Shown one piece after another: positions 41,440 to 54,356 of a stretch of DNA of 64,000 nucleotides. The DNA comes from Eledone cirrhosa (taxonomy: Eukaryota). The number at the start of each line of letters is the position of its first letter. Within the stretch, counting starts at the first letter, position 1. The stretch lies in assembly GCA_964016885.1 (NCBI GenBank), contig OZ024740.1, positions 192,510,001 through 192,574,000 of the forward strand, in the 5' to 3' direction. A model generated the notes under the pieces. The model was given only the letters and a program-made list of their open reading frames with translations. It was not told the DNA's origin and searched no databases. Both the position numbers and the translations under genes were made by a program.

Positions 41440-44400
41440 GTATGCCAAAGGTGCTCGATACTAGTGCCGGCCGTATTAAATATTCGAAGTATTAATATTT
41501 AGTGGCTTAGAGAGCTAGCAGAGCGTAAACACGTGGGAAAGTAAGAAATCGGAGAATAGACCGTTAAAACATGTTTATTTAAAACAGCACTTACGTACGT
41601 TTCGCCCAGTTGGGCTCCTCAAGGGCATAAATAATCAAAAGTGTTCCTTACATTGCTCGGAAAGAGTTTTGGGGGTTAAATCCACGTCAAGGTTCATTGC
41701 TCGCAAAAATAGCTTGTTTTGATTTTACAGCAGGTCAAGGGAGGTAACTATGACCGGTGTTAGGGCAGTCTTTCCCGGACAAATTTGTTTATCCACTACG
41801 AGATGAGGTTACAACCTTACCATTGTCGATAGGCATGTAATCAACGCTTATTTTGAGAGTTTCTTTTGCCGCATCTGTTTGTCTGAGTCGTTTGAGGCTG
41901 GGTCTGGTATGCAAAGATAGTTCCCTGGGTGTTATTTTGCAGCGCCTGCCCGTCGGGTGTTATGACTTGTTGCAGGGAGATCCGGTGCACGGTTTCACTC
42001 CTCATCCTTAACCCATCTGAAGAGGTATATTTTTAAGCGATGCGTACAACTTATCGCTGTTTCAGCTCTGCTGTTGATGAGCTCGTGGGGTGCAGTTATG
42101 ATGTGGTAGAGTTGAATGAGGCAAAGATCGCATTTCCTCTTGAAGTTGTACGGTGCAGCCCTGCCGACAATATCCCAGTGAGTGGAGAAGCTGATGTTTA
42201 AGTCCTTTAGTGATGTGATGTAGTCCGCGAGCAAAGTGGAGTGTCTTAGTTTTTTATTTGTGAAAGAGTGGAGATGTGTTCGAAACCTTCTTTTGAACGG
42301 GCCTGAGGTAGGCCCTATATAATGTTTAACGCTATTGTGGCTAGTTATAGCGCATCTATATATAACCCTATCAGTCAAGCAGTATCCTCTAAGGGGGCAG
42401 CGTCCTCTGTCACGGCAGTTGCAATTTCTGTCGCGGTTCCGTCTATTTCCCACGGTAAGGCTATCATTGATGCTGCCTACGTTGTTACCTACGCTACCGC
42501 AGCTGTCGTTAGCACCATTACAACGCACAGCACGCGGGGTGGTGCGATTGTTATTCCGCACGTCATGTCCTGCATGTTCCCAAGTCAGTTCGCGGTTATG
42601 CTTGTTGCGTCTGCGGATGCCGTTGCCAACACTATTGGATGCTGGCAAGGAGTTGTTAAGGCAGATATAATTATTGTCAGGTGTAGGTGCGTCTGAGTCG
42701 AGGTGCTGTGTCTTGGTGATCTTACTGTGGTTCGTTGTTCCTATGATGTCTGCTAGGTTAGAAGTAGTAGAGAAGGATATTTTATATTGTTCCTATTAAG
42801 AATTTTTCTACACCTATGGTTGGGCGGGAAGTTCTTCTCTAAGGCTTCAAAGAACATCCGAGGTATGTTGGAGGCCACATTCCGAGAGTAGGCGGGGGGG
42901 GGGGGGGATAGGACATTACGAAGGCGATTACGTGTCCGTGTACGTTTGCTACGGGTGGTTCCATCTAGGTGACCGCTCTTATGTGTGTTAATGCGCAGTC
43001 GCCCGCTCAGTGCCCCTTTCAATTTATTCTCGGCTGCACTCTTCCTACCTCTTCCATGTTTATGTACAGGAAGATGTTGGTTGGAAGGCGTTGGTAGTAG
43101 GCCGTCGCCTTTGTTGGTTTTGTAATAGGGGAATAGTTCGAGTAATCTACAGTGGTCACCGTCGCCGGAGTCGTGATCTTTAGTGCGGTTATCTATTCTA
43201 TAATATCCGACTTCAACGAGTTCGCCGCGTGATCGGTTATAGGTATGGCTTACTATAACGTTCGTTTTATGAGGCGGGTGGTTTCTAGAGCTAGCGTTAG
43301 GGATGTAGGAAATGCCTCGGTTAAAGCCGGTGCTTATCAAGGCCCTAATGTAGTAATCTGGCGCTTGGTTGAATATATCCTCATTGGCGGATAGTCTCGA
43401 GATTCTATGTGAGATACTATAGACAATGGAGTTGAGAGTCTGCTCAGGGTGGTTGGACGCATAATTAATATAAGACAGGCACTCTCCAGGCTTATGGTAT
43501 GGCTTGTATAAGCCCGTACTCAACTCCAGCGTCACGTCCAGGAAGTTGACAACCTTGTGGTTGAGGTCCATAGTTACCGATAGGCCATATGACTTGAAGA
43601 ACCTGTGTATATGTTTGTTAAGTTTCTCTATCCTACGGGGGCTATGGTTCCTAACGGTAAACAGGGTGTCGTCCCTATATACACCTCCTTGAAGGTCCGG
43701 TATCTCTTCCCTAAGCTAATGTAGGAGGTATATCCCGACCAGGTCAGTTGCTTGCGCTGAGTCACTGGACCCCATCGTGACATCGAAGTTATCAAGACTG
43801 TTGGTTCTGGTCCAGTGGGAGCCTTCGAACTGGATAATGGTTCTACGCGCCGAGAAAGGACATGTCGTGCGGAATAACAATCGCACTCCCGCGTGCTGTG
43901 GGTTGTAATGGTGCTAACGCAGCTGCGGTAGCGTAGGTAACAACGTAGGCAGCAACAATGATAGCCTTACTGTGGGAAATAGACGGAACCACGACAGAAA
44001 TTGCAACTGCCGCGACAGAGGACGCTGCCCCCTTAGAGGATACTGCTTGACTGATAGGGTTATATATAGATGCACTATAACTAGCCACAATAGCGTTAAA
44101 CATTATATAGGGGCTACCTCAGGCCCGTTCAAAATTAGGTTTCGAACACATCTCCATTCTTTCACAAATAAAAAACTAAGACACTCCACTTCGCTCGCGG
44201 ACTACATCACATCACTAAAGGACTTAAACATCAGCTTCATCACGCACTGGGATATTGTCGGCAGTGCTGCACCGTACAACTTCAAGAGGAAATGCGATCT
44301 TTGCCTCACTCAGCTCTACCACATCATAACTGCACCCCACGAGCTCATCAACAGCAGAGCTGAAACAGCGTTAAATTGAACACATGGCTTAAAAATATCC

Positions 44401-44502
44401 TTCTTCAGATAGGTTAAGGACGAGGAGTGAAACCGTGCACCGGATCTCCCTGCAACAAGTCTTAACACCCCGGCGGGCAGGCGCTGCCAAATAACACCCA
44501 GG
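41440..44502 (-). mobile_element. Penelope-like element, 5'-truncated, with an inverted copy of its GIY-YIG/3' region
   Basis: Minus 43840-41995: FDVTMG..DSAQATDLVG, GVYRDDTL, VNFLDVTL, SNHP, PPAYS, CNCRDRGRCPLRGYCL, VIYRC..YIG, CDLC, NSRAETAISCTH. 43850-44502 (+) repeats about 42575-41925. Confidence 0.93.
41585..41630 (-). ncRNA. Minimal hammerhead, core slightly degenerate
   Basis: GCCC-TTGAGGA-GCCCA.AC.TGGGC-GAAA-CGTACG-TA-AGTGC; palindromic helix III. Confidence 0.6.
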
Positions 44503-44519
44503 TAGTGATATCAGCTAGT

Positions 44520-46860
44520 GAAAGAAAATGGGGAAGTAAAATTTTGATGTTCTCTGTGTGTTTTCTTATTGATGATATAAGATTTAATAGGGGGACCGCA
44601 GGAGTAGCTAATGTTGACACAGTTCTATTGGAAATCTTATAGTATATATGTGCTCTAGGAATGTTTTGCCTACATTAGTTTTAACTGCTAAAGAATAGGG
44701 AGGTGTGAACCAGATTATTTTTCTTTTCCTATTATTATGTTTAAAGGAGTTTGTATTGTTAGGTATGTACTTAATCGGTTCGCTAAATCCGCTATTTTGA
44801 AGGGCTTTATTATAGTAGGGGGATGCCTTATTGAAAATAGCATCTCAGGAAGAGAGGGTGGAGATCCTACGGATAATATTAGGGATAAGGTTTTTAAAAA
44901 CTATAGGAGGATGGCAAGAGCCTTGTTTTATATATTTTAAATTTTCATTAGGTTTATGGTACGGTTTATAAGAGGCAGTAGGCAGATCTAGGTTTATATC
45001 TAGAGAATTAATCTTATATCATCAATAAGAAAACACCCAGAGTACATCAACATTGTCGAGTCAAAAGTGAATGCCCATTACAAGGTAAATGCAACACCAA
45101 AGCCATTGTATACGCTGCTAAAGTGACAACTATCAGCAACAACCTACCAGCCACCAGCGAACGATATGTGGGTATGACACAAGACAAATTCAAAACGCGT
45201 TATTACTCACATGTCGCATTTTTCCGACATCCAGCAAAAAGATTTACATCAGCTCTGGCTAGCAGAATATGGGATTGGAAAGACCAAGGCATAACTTGGA
45301 TTGGTCAATTTTGATCCAATCTAAAGAATATGCAAGAGGAACAAGAAGATGCACACTCTGCATAAGCGAAAAATATTGGATTTTACAGAACCTTAAATCA
45401 CCAAAAACCTGCCTAAACGCAAAAACAGAAATGTTCCCAAGTTGCCCACACATGAAATCACGCTTTCTCTCCAACTCATATAAACTTAACTCACTTTCAG
45501 ATACTTATCCTCTATAAACTCTTGTTCTTCACTTTCCTTAAATTATCCTCTATACAGACTTCTCGTTCTGATTTACTTTCATTTTTAACTTTTTTTTAAT
45601 TTAATTTTTATTTTTACTTCACACCCAATATCACTTACCTAATATCTTCAAATTCCACATTTTACTTCCCCATTTTCTTTCACTACCTGATACAACTTGA
45701 CACTTGCGTTTTCAACTCCAGATATATTATGTTGTTTCGCAGCCGCTTTTATATTTGTACTCATTTATTCATACGGCTGGTTTATAATTTGTATCTATGC
45801 GTGTGCGTGTGCATGTGTGTGTATACGTTCTGTATATGTATACGGACGCCTCCGTATGTGTGCGTGCGTGCGTATATATATGTGTGTGTATGTGTGTTTT
45901 CATATCTATGTGTGTGCATACTTATTTATACGAGTGTGTGTATGTGGGTGAATGTATGTGTATAAGTATGTATATATATATATATATATGTATGTGTATG
46001 TATGGGTGTATATATATATATATATATATATAGTCGCGTATGTACGTGTGATTAGATATACATGTGGCGATATATATATATATATATATGTGCTTCGTGT
46101 GTATGTATGTACGCATGCATGCGCTTTTGTCTGTACGTGTTTATATATATATATATATATTTATATATGTATATATATGTGTGTATGTGCGTACCTATGT
46201 TTGTTTTCTTTTTTTCTAGTGTTAATTTATAATTGATAACCCCTCCCTCTTACTTTCTCTTTGATTTAAAACATTTTTCATTCTCATATATTGTTTCATT
46301 TTTATACATATATCGAGAATGACACTTCTTTTTACTATTATACTCACTTCCCTCTTTATCTTCCGCATATAAGTGATCGCGTGTGTGTGTGTTTATACGC
46401 GTGCTTTCATACCTGTATGTGTATATATTTAATACCTGTATCTGGATGTAAGTTAACTATATTATCTTACAATTTCTTTTTCAACTCATATTATATACGT
46501 ATTTGTGGTCACACATACACAAATATACTTGCCCTCATATATGTACTTACGCACACATTTTCACTATACACATGCATTTGTACATACACACATATGTACA
46601 TTTGTGAGTGAATATACATACATATACACATAACCTAACTATATTTCCTTATTTTTATATATATCTCTTGCATTACTTTTATTTATATATTTTTTTGGCC
46701 CGTTAAACTCTCGCCTTTCTTGCTGAGATCTTTCAAATATTTCACTATGTTATAAATTTCCCTGTCCGATGAGCGAATGAGGACGTTTTTCGTATTCGTC
46801 TTATTCGGGAAACCTCTGGTAATGAGGTAATTTTATTGTAATGTTTATTATATATATATA
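44520..46860 (+). mobile_element. Penelope-like element with an inverted 5' segment
   Basis: 44540-45005 encodes the RT thumb on minus (SCHPP..RRISTLSS..IIWFTPPYS). 45015-45500 encodes the GIY-YIG on plus (CPLQGKC, IVYAA..YVGMT, CTLC, LNAKTEMFPSCPH). The 3' UTR ends in a hammerhead. Confidence 0.88.
46760..46828 (+). ncRNA. Type I hammerhead (core CCGATGA)
   Basis: CCGATGA-GCGAATGAGGACG...CGTCTTATTCGG-GAAA-CC.TCT.GG-TA. Confidence 0.6.
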
Positions 46861-46915
46861 TTAAAATAACACTTTAAAGTTTAAGCAAAGAATCGCTGCT
46901 TACGCCCTTACATTT
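46855..46915 (-). repeat. Fragment of the 3' end of the 5371-7350 PLE family
   Basis: Reverse complement matches 7296-7350 (GCGATTCTTTGCTTAAACTTTAA). Confidence 0.7.
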
Positions 46916-47753
46916 ATTAGTATTACTATATATATATATATATATACTACATACAAATTAAAACCGGGTTACCTATTCCAGATTCATCTGTAATCTATAA
47001 TTATGTCTATCTCTATGTATCACCTTGTTCAACTTGACTTGTCAGGCACAAATCGCATGTCAATTTGAAATCCTTGGTCACCGTGTTTCATTCATACAAT
47101 GCTTGATCTCACCCCACCTCTGCATTATTCTCTTTATATCGTTAATCCATCCTAGTAAAGGCCTACACCGTAATCGTTTCCACGTTCTTGGGTACCGGTC
47201 AACAAGTTTGCAGGTGCACCGATTATCAGTGAACCGTGCAAAATATCTGACACATCTGAGTTTGTTCGGACGGTAATGGGCGATAACGTTCTTCGCTCCG
47301 GCTCTTACACTGATCTGCTCGTTTTGGATGTGATCACTCAAATAAATTTCCAACAAAGAACTTTCCATGGTTCTTTCCCAAATCCAGAACATTTTATCAA
47401 ATTCATGTTAGTTACGTTATAAAATGTTCAAAATAATGCATAACCACTAGTTTTCAGTCCCAATTGAAAGTGTTTTTGTATCAGATATTGCGTAAGTATG
47501 CCCTGCTCCTTGTTCGCAAAAGAATATCATTCAAAATTGTGGCTAAACATTCTAATTGTATATTTATTCATATATCTTACTCTTACTATATATATATATA
47601 TTTCTCTCTGTCTCTGTCTCTCGCTCTCTCTCTCTATATATATATATACATATATATATTGTGGGTGTGGGGGGGGGGGGGGCGCATGTGTGTTTATATA
47701 TATGGAGAGAGAAAGAAAGAGAGAGAGGGAGAGAGAGAATGAGAAAGATAGGT

Positions 47754-47799
<46 letters not shown>

Positions 47800-47802
<3 letters not shown>

Positions 47803-48330
47803 CAGTTTCTGATATTTTGGTGTTTCCCTGCATCCGAGACTGTATATCATACAGATGTATGAGAATAAATGACTTAATAATTCAGCGCACATAATAGGAT
47901 TGATTGCCTGCTTCAACTGCCTGACCCTGCAAATATCATTCTGACGCACTCTAATCATATATAAATAAGACACGCGTGCATGCTACACGTGAGATTGTTT
48001 CATGCACTGTCTACTCTAAGCTTTCCTCTTGCTTTATCTTCATAGACTGCCAACGCTTCATGTTTATCTTTATTTTCATTTCTTGCTTTTATTTTTGTTT
48101 TTATTGTTATCCTGTAACCTTTACATGTAAATTGCCATGCTATATCATTTGCTGAGTGTCACCCCACTGTTGATCAATATGCGCATATATTTTATGTGTC
48201 TCTTGGGTTGAAAAGGAGGTCAAGTATGTTATAGATCTGTAAATAGTTGCTCCGAAGAATCCAAACCTCGGTTTGGAGGAAACAATTGTAAGCAAATAAA
48301 TGACTTAAACTGAAATTTGATTATTGTAAT
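47800..48330 (+). mobile_element. Solo pLTR-like segment between microsatellites
   Basis: Non-coding, hammerhead near the 3' end, (TA)n upstream and (CT)n(TA)n downstream. Confidence 0.55.
48247..48295 (+). ncRNA. Minimal type I hammerhead (core CCGAAGA)
   Basis: TTGCT-CCGAAGA-A.TCCAAAC.CTCG.GTTTGGA.G-GAAA-CAATTG-TA-AGCAA; all three helices pair. Confidence 0.75.
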
Positions 48331-48345
48331 CTCTCTCTCTATCTC

Positions 48346-48443
<98 letters not shown>

Positions 48444-48609
48444 ACTAGATATATGTAAAGAGAAGGAAATGCTATAACGGTAGTATATAAATCAAATTAG
48501 GGTTGTTGAAAATCAATCGAATATGTTGAGTATTAGTAAGAAGTAGGGTTTTTGTATTGGGTGCATCCTCTAAAAACGTTGCTCTTTGATTTCAAATAAT
48601 TTCTGTTTG

Positions 48610-48880
48610 GAGATGGCAAAACATGTACTATTCTAAATTTCTCACTAAGACAGAAGTGTCTCGTCTTGATACCATTGTTGTACGGACCGGATCGTTCAAG
48701 TATATTCCAAGTAATTACATGTCGGACTCCATTCTCATTTAATTGCTAGAGTTTTCTTCTTTACTAGAAGGGGTGTACTGTTTCTCATTTCAGGTTTCCT
48801 GGAGAATGAAGATTCGTGTACAAATGTTGTTTAAAAGGATATTGTACCGTACTGAGGTACTTTTCGCTAACTTCAGAATT
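48610..48880 (-). mobile_element. Decayed PLE GIY-YIG C-terminal fragment
   Basis: YPFKQHLY...LNENGVRHVITWNILERSGPYNNGIKTRHFCLSEKFRI. Confidence 0.7.
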
Positions 48881-49287
48881 TCCTGGTCCGATTCGAACGG
48901 GGCTAGGTCCTTAATTCCGTGAGACTACTTAATGGAATTAATGTTAAATCTGCCAATGGCAGTGGTGGCCATTACACCGTTAAACAGACGCACCATCCAC
49001 CTCAATCTACGAGCATCATTTATGTTTCGAGAAGCATTCCGGTGTAACAGAATCAAATTGATGGCGTCGTAAATAAAACCTCTTTCAATATAATATCCAC
49101 AGATAACAAATACCGTTGTATAAGCGTATCAAAGCAACATTTATTTTATTAATAATCACCGGCATAATGCATTTGCTCCGAGATGTAACGACATTTTACA
49201 AACGAAAATGTGACTCATGCGAAATACTGCACAACGCATGAAAAGAAATGTAAGTTAAATATTAAACTGTTCATATTTTATAGTAGT

Positions 49288-49320
<33 letters not shown>

Positions 49321-49328
49321 GTTGTTAT

Positions 49329-50208
49329 TCCTTGAATCTCAGTCATTGATGTTGGTTAACTGGAAAGTCCGTTGGATTGAATATCAAGCCACTACCTGCA
49401 GCCTCAGATATTCAGGACGTATCGGAGGGTTCTTGCTGTTCCAAGCAAGCATGCCTTTTGAAGCGTTCCAAAAAGCGTGAAGGGGCCGATTTTCTTTAAC
49501 CATCCCTGGAAACTTTTGGAGATAGTCCCCAGTGCGCCTATGACAATCGGGATCACTTTGACTTCATGGCAGTTCCAAATCCTTTTCACCTCCCACTTTA
49601 GGTCCTGGTATCGGTTAATTTTCTCCCCCTCCTTCTCTTGCACTCTCGTGTCGAACGGGCAGGCCACATCCACAATCAGACACGATCTTTTTTCTTTGTC
49701 CACAACCACCAGGTCAGGTCTATTGTGTTCCAGTTTTTTGTCCGTCTGTATCCTAAAATCCCACAGCACCTTCACCTGATTGTTCTCCATCACCGCCTCT
49801 GGCCTATGCTCATACCATTTCTCAGAATGTGGTAAATTGTTTACTTTGCACAGGTGCCAGTGGATCACCCTGCCCATCACATCGTGTCTCCAGCCCTTAT
49901 AGTGGGTCTGGGCTAGGTGTTTACACTCGGACACAATGTGAGCCACAGTCTCCTCTCTCTCTCCACAGATCCTGCACAGTGGGCTAGCCTCCTCCTTGTA
50001 GATATGGTGCTTCAACCACTTCGTTTTGAGGGCCTGCTCCTGCGCAGCCATTAGCATTCCTTCTGTAGCCTTTTTGAGGTCTCCTCTTCTCAACCAGTTC
50101 CATGTCTGTGGATCTCTAAATTCAGTTTTCTCAAAGAAGGTACTATGAAGGGATTTTCCCTTAAGGCTGCTCTTCCTCCTTGATGTTATTTCCTCCTTGG
50201 ACATCCCC
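49329..50208 (-). mobile_element. 5'-truncated R4/Dong-clade non-LTR retrotransposon (second copy)
   Basis: High similarity to 50330-51205; ends in (AAT)n at 49292-49328. Confidence 0.92.
49404..50204 (-). CDS. Open C-terminal fragment: CCHC zinc knuckle plus restriction-like endonuclease of R4/Dong LINE
   Basis: CRICGEREETVAHIVSEC, RHD, RPDLVVVD, VDVACPFD, EKINRY, IVIGALG; 266 aa uninterrupted but 5'-truncated. Confidence 0.85.
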   Translation of the reverse strand: MSKEEITSRRKSSLKGKSLHSTFFEKTEFRDPQTWNWLRRGDLKKATEGMLMAAQEQALKTKWLKHHIYKEEASPLCRICGEREETVAHIVSECKHLAQTHYKGWRHDVMGRVIHWHLCKVNNLPHSEKWYEHRPEAVMENNQVKVLWDFRIQTDKKLEHNRPDLVVVDKEKRSCLIVDVACPFDTRVQEKEGEKINRYQDLKWEVKRIWNCHEVKVIPIVIGALGTISKSFQGWLKKIGPFTLFGTLQKACLLGTARTLRYVLNI

Positions 50209-50329
<121 letters not shown>

Positions 50330-53300
50330 ACTCTTTGAGTCTCAGTCATTGATGTTAGTTAACTGGAAAGTTTGTTGAGATGAATATCAAGCCACTACCT
50401 ACAGCCTCAGATATTCAGGACGTATCGGAGGGTTCTTGCCGTTCCCAGCAAGCATGCCTTTTGAAGCGTTCAAAAAAGCGTGAAGGGGACAATTTTCTTT
50501 AACCATCCCTGGAAACTTTTTGAGATAGTCCCTAGTGCGCCTATGACAATCGGGATCACTTTGACTTCATGGCAGTTCAAATCCTTTTTACCTCCCACTT
50601 TAAGTCCTGGTATCGGTTAATTTTCTCCCTCTACTTCTCTTGCGCTCTCGTGTCGAATGGGCAGGCCACATCCACAATCAGGCACGATCTTTTTTCTTTG
50701 TCCACAACCACCAGGTCAGACCTATTGTGTTCCAGTTTCTTGTCCGTCTGTATCCTAAAATCCCACAGCACCTTCACCTGATCGTTTTCTACCATCGCCT
50801 CTGGCTTATGCTGATACCACTTCTCAGAATGTGGTAAATTGTTTACTTTGAATAGGTGCCAGTGGATCACCCTGCCCATCACATCATGTCTCCAGCCCTT
50901 ATAGTGAGTCTGGGCTAGGTGTTTACACTCGGATACAACGTGAGCCACAGTCTCCTCTCTCTCTCCACAAATCCACAATGGACTAGCCTCCTCCTTGTAA
51001 ATGTGGTGTTTCAACCACTTCGTTTTGAGGGCCTGCTCCTGCGCAGCCATTAACATTCCTTCTGTAGCCTGTTTAAGGTCTCCTCTTTTCAACCAGTTCC
51101 ATGTCTGTGGATCTCTAAATTCAGTTTTCTCAAAGAAGGTACTATGAAGGGATTTTTCCTGAAGGCTGCTGTTTCTCCTTGATGTTATTTCCTCCTTGGA
51201 CATCCTTGCCCAATTGTCCCCTCCTTCAGTACAGTTCTGATCATTGCCTCCTTACTATCAGTCACGTATTTGTGTAGGTTGTTTTTCTCCATCTAAACAC
51301 AGTCCTCTATGCTGATAAGACCTCTTCCAACCTCAGATATCCTTAAGTAGAGTCTATCGACATCACTCCTCTTGTGGAACATATGGTAGATAGTCAATAG
51401 CTTCCTAGTCTTCCTATCCATTTCTTTTTGTTCAGCAACATTCCATCTCAGAATTCCCGCACTGTACCTAATAATAGACACAGCTCGGGAATTTACTGCC
51501 ATTATGGCATTCCTACTGTTCAGATGTGACTTTAATACGCTCCGTACTCTCCGAAAGTATTCAGTTCTTATCAATTCCTTCATTTTGTTGTTCTTGATGT
51601 CATCAGCCTACAGAACGCCCAAATACTTGTATCCTTCCTCATAGTCAATTTCTTTTATCATCTCACCTGTTGGTATCTGGATTCCGTTACTTCTGCTCAA
51701 CTTACCACTCCTCATCACAATGACTCCACACTTACTAATACCAAATTGCATACATATATCATTGCTGAAAATACGTACAGTGTCAACAAGCACATCCAAC
51801 TCCTTCTTAAGATCGTCCGTTGAAGAGGAGGTGATTGATGGTAAGCCCTCCCTTTCCCAACCTGTATCCTGCTCTCACTTTTCGCAGTACACTGGTCAGG
51901 GGCATCAGGACAAGGACAAACAACAGAGGGGACAGAATATCTCCCTGGAAGATACCTCTCTTGATCTTCACGCTTACTAAGGATTCACCAGTTGATGTTA
52001 ACTCTGTTTCCCAGGACTTCATACTTTTGCCCAACAACTGCCTGATGTTATCTGCCACCTTGAAGATCTCCAGGCTTTTGGTGATCCAAGAATGAGGCAC
52101 CATGTCTAATGCCTTTTTGTAGTCTATCCATCCCATCGCAAGACCAGTATGTCCCCTCTTGAAATTCCTCATTACCATCTTATCAATAAGTAAAATGGTC
52201 CTTTGTACCACGTCACTTCTTTCGGCATACTTTCTGTTCGTCCGGTAACAAGTTGTTTGTGTGGAGGTGATGGTAGATTTCCTCATAGATAATTGTTTCT
52301 ACTTTAGGCACAAGGCCAGCAATTACCCAGTGCATTACTGGTACTTTATTTTATCGACCCCGTAAGGATGAAAGGCAAAGTCAACCTCGGCGGGATTTGA
52401 ACTCAGATCGTAAAGGGACGTAACTATGCTGGAAAGCATGGCGTCCGACCCTCTACCGATACTGCCAATCCACCGATTTCCTCATAGATAATGCCTGTCA
52501 ACAGTTTCCACATTACGGACAGACATGTGATAGGTATATAGTTGGTAACATCATTACCCTTGATTCGGTCTTTCATTATCAGAACTGGGGTACCTTTTGT
52601 CAACCACTCTGGTACCTCACCTGACATCGAGCAGTCATTGAACATGGTTGTCAGTTTCGGGTGGAGGGATGTTATGTTTTTAAACCAATACCCCTGCATA
52701 CCATCTGGGCCAGGTGATTTCCAGTTGGTTAGTTTTTTGGCCTGCCCCTTAAGAGTTTCAACTGTGATACTCAAATCAGTTTGTTGGCGTACCTGTTCAC
52801 TGATCTCTTTCTGTACTGTCTCAATCCATACTGCCTGGTCATTATGTTTAACATCCTGCTCCCATATTCCTCTCCAGAATGTGTTAGTTTGTTCCGCCTC
52901 AGGGATCAAGTCGTTGCCTCTTTCTTTCCATTCAAGCTGTCCAAACAGCATCTTCTGGTTGTTGTCGAACATGCGGTTCTGTCTATACTGGCTGACTCTG
53001 TTCTCGTATCGCCTGATTTTTGCACTCTTTGCTACAATGCGTTGCTTCAGTTCCTCCTATGATAATATTTAGCTTTTTCCTCCTAGTTTTGTACTTTATT
53101 TCCAGTCTATTTTTAGTGTCTATGTTTTTTAGTGTCCCATTCAGTACGGACTCAAGCTTTCCAATGTCATTTCTCATTTCCCTGATTTGACCACTAAGTC
53201 GTTTCTTCCACCAAGGCTCTGCTCTTTCTTGTCTGTTGTTTCCTCTCGCTTTTATACCAAGTAGTTTCCTCACCGTATTTGCTGTTGCTTTGAGGATATT

Positions 53301-54310
53301 GTTGCACTGGTGAAGGCTCCTCGCCTCAAGGTATGCGATGACTTTGTTTACCTTAGCTGTTGTTTCTTTTAACTTTTTCCTGTCTACCAATCTTAGGTTC
53401 ATAGGTCTCCAACTATCATTGTTCAATTCATCTACCACTAAGTTTAGGATATCTACCAAATCTTGTCCTAGCCCGTTAGCATTCATCTCCTCAGTGGCCG
53501 TATCTCTGTTCCAGGTATTATTTATCTCAGCATTCAGATCATTGTCTGTTTCGGGTGGTTCCTCCGTTCTCTCGACCTCTTCACCTTCATTTCCCACTGG
53601 CTCGTTTGCCTGGCATACTCCACCCTCCATCTCCAAGCTAATCTCTCTGACCAGTTCCTTCAGTTCCAGCTCGCTTATCCACCCATTAGTTCTTATTACC
53701 CGAGCCTGCCCGGCCAGTTTTTGTTCATCTAATTTAAATGGACCAATCTCGTTCCAGATGTTATGCATACTTTTCCTATAGCCTTTCTCCTTGGGGTTAC
53801 TCTTCAGGTAACATTGCATAACCGTTCTATTCAATTCTTTCGTCCAGTTGGTTCTGGTCCCTTTCCTTCTTCTTCTTCCTCCGACACCAGCAGTATTTGG
53901 TTGACAGCCAGGTCCCTGCTGCTGAGCCCGGGAGCACCTGTTGGGTGAGAGTCTGTCACATGACATTCTAGTCTCCATTTCACCGTTATTCGAACTGTTT
54001 ATGTTCGACATTTACACACTCTTATCGAGGATTGGCGAATGTATGGTTACATAACCACCGGTGAATTACTTGTCTCCGGTGGTTTCGTCACTCCACGTGA
54101 CTTTTGTGTGGCATTATCACGCTGTAGACGAACCCAAACAAACAAACAAACAAACAGGCAGAAAAAACCCAAAAATGAATAAGCATAAGTTTCATTGTAA
54201 TGTAGTGTTTGAATATCTGACTTAGTTTTCCCCTTCCCTTCTCTGTCCGTCCGTTTGTTTTTCTCTTCATTTTCATTTCCTTTACGTATTTCGTTGTTTC
54301 TGTGCTGCTT
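50330..54310 (-). mobile_element. Near full-length R4/Dong-clade LINE (single ORF RT-RLE, frameshifted)
   Basis: ATG at 54011; N-terminal WTKELNRTVMQCY; NWKSPGPDGMQGYW, YIPITCL, WIDYKKALDMVPHSW, GIFQGDILSPLLF, INHL..MDDL-like motif (frameshifted), YKYLG, GRGLISIED, RLE domain; interrupted by a SINE. Confidence 0.93.
52294..52474 (-). mobile_element. SINE family A inserted in the LINE RT domain
   Basis: Perfect 18 bp TSD GATTTCCTCATAGATAAT at 52276-52293 and 52475-52492. Confidence 0.95.
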
Positions 54311-54356
54311 TGATTTAGATTTTTTTTTTTGTTTTTTTTTGTTTTTTTTTATTATG

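Noticed and set aside
52424-52972. ORF ending GGLAVSVEGRTPCFPA, also seen at 3987-4181, as a shared protein motif
   Set aside because: Both are read-through into the same SINE sequence
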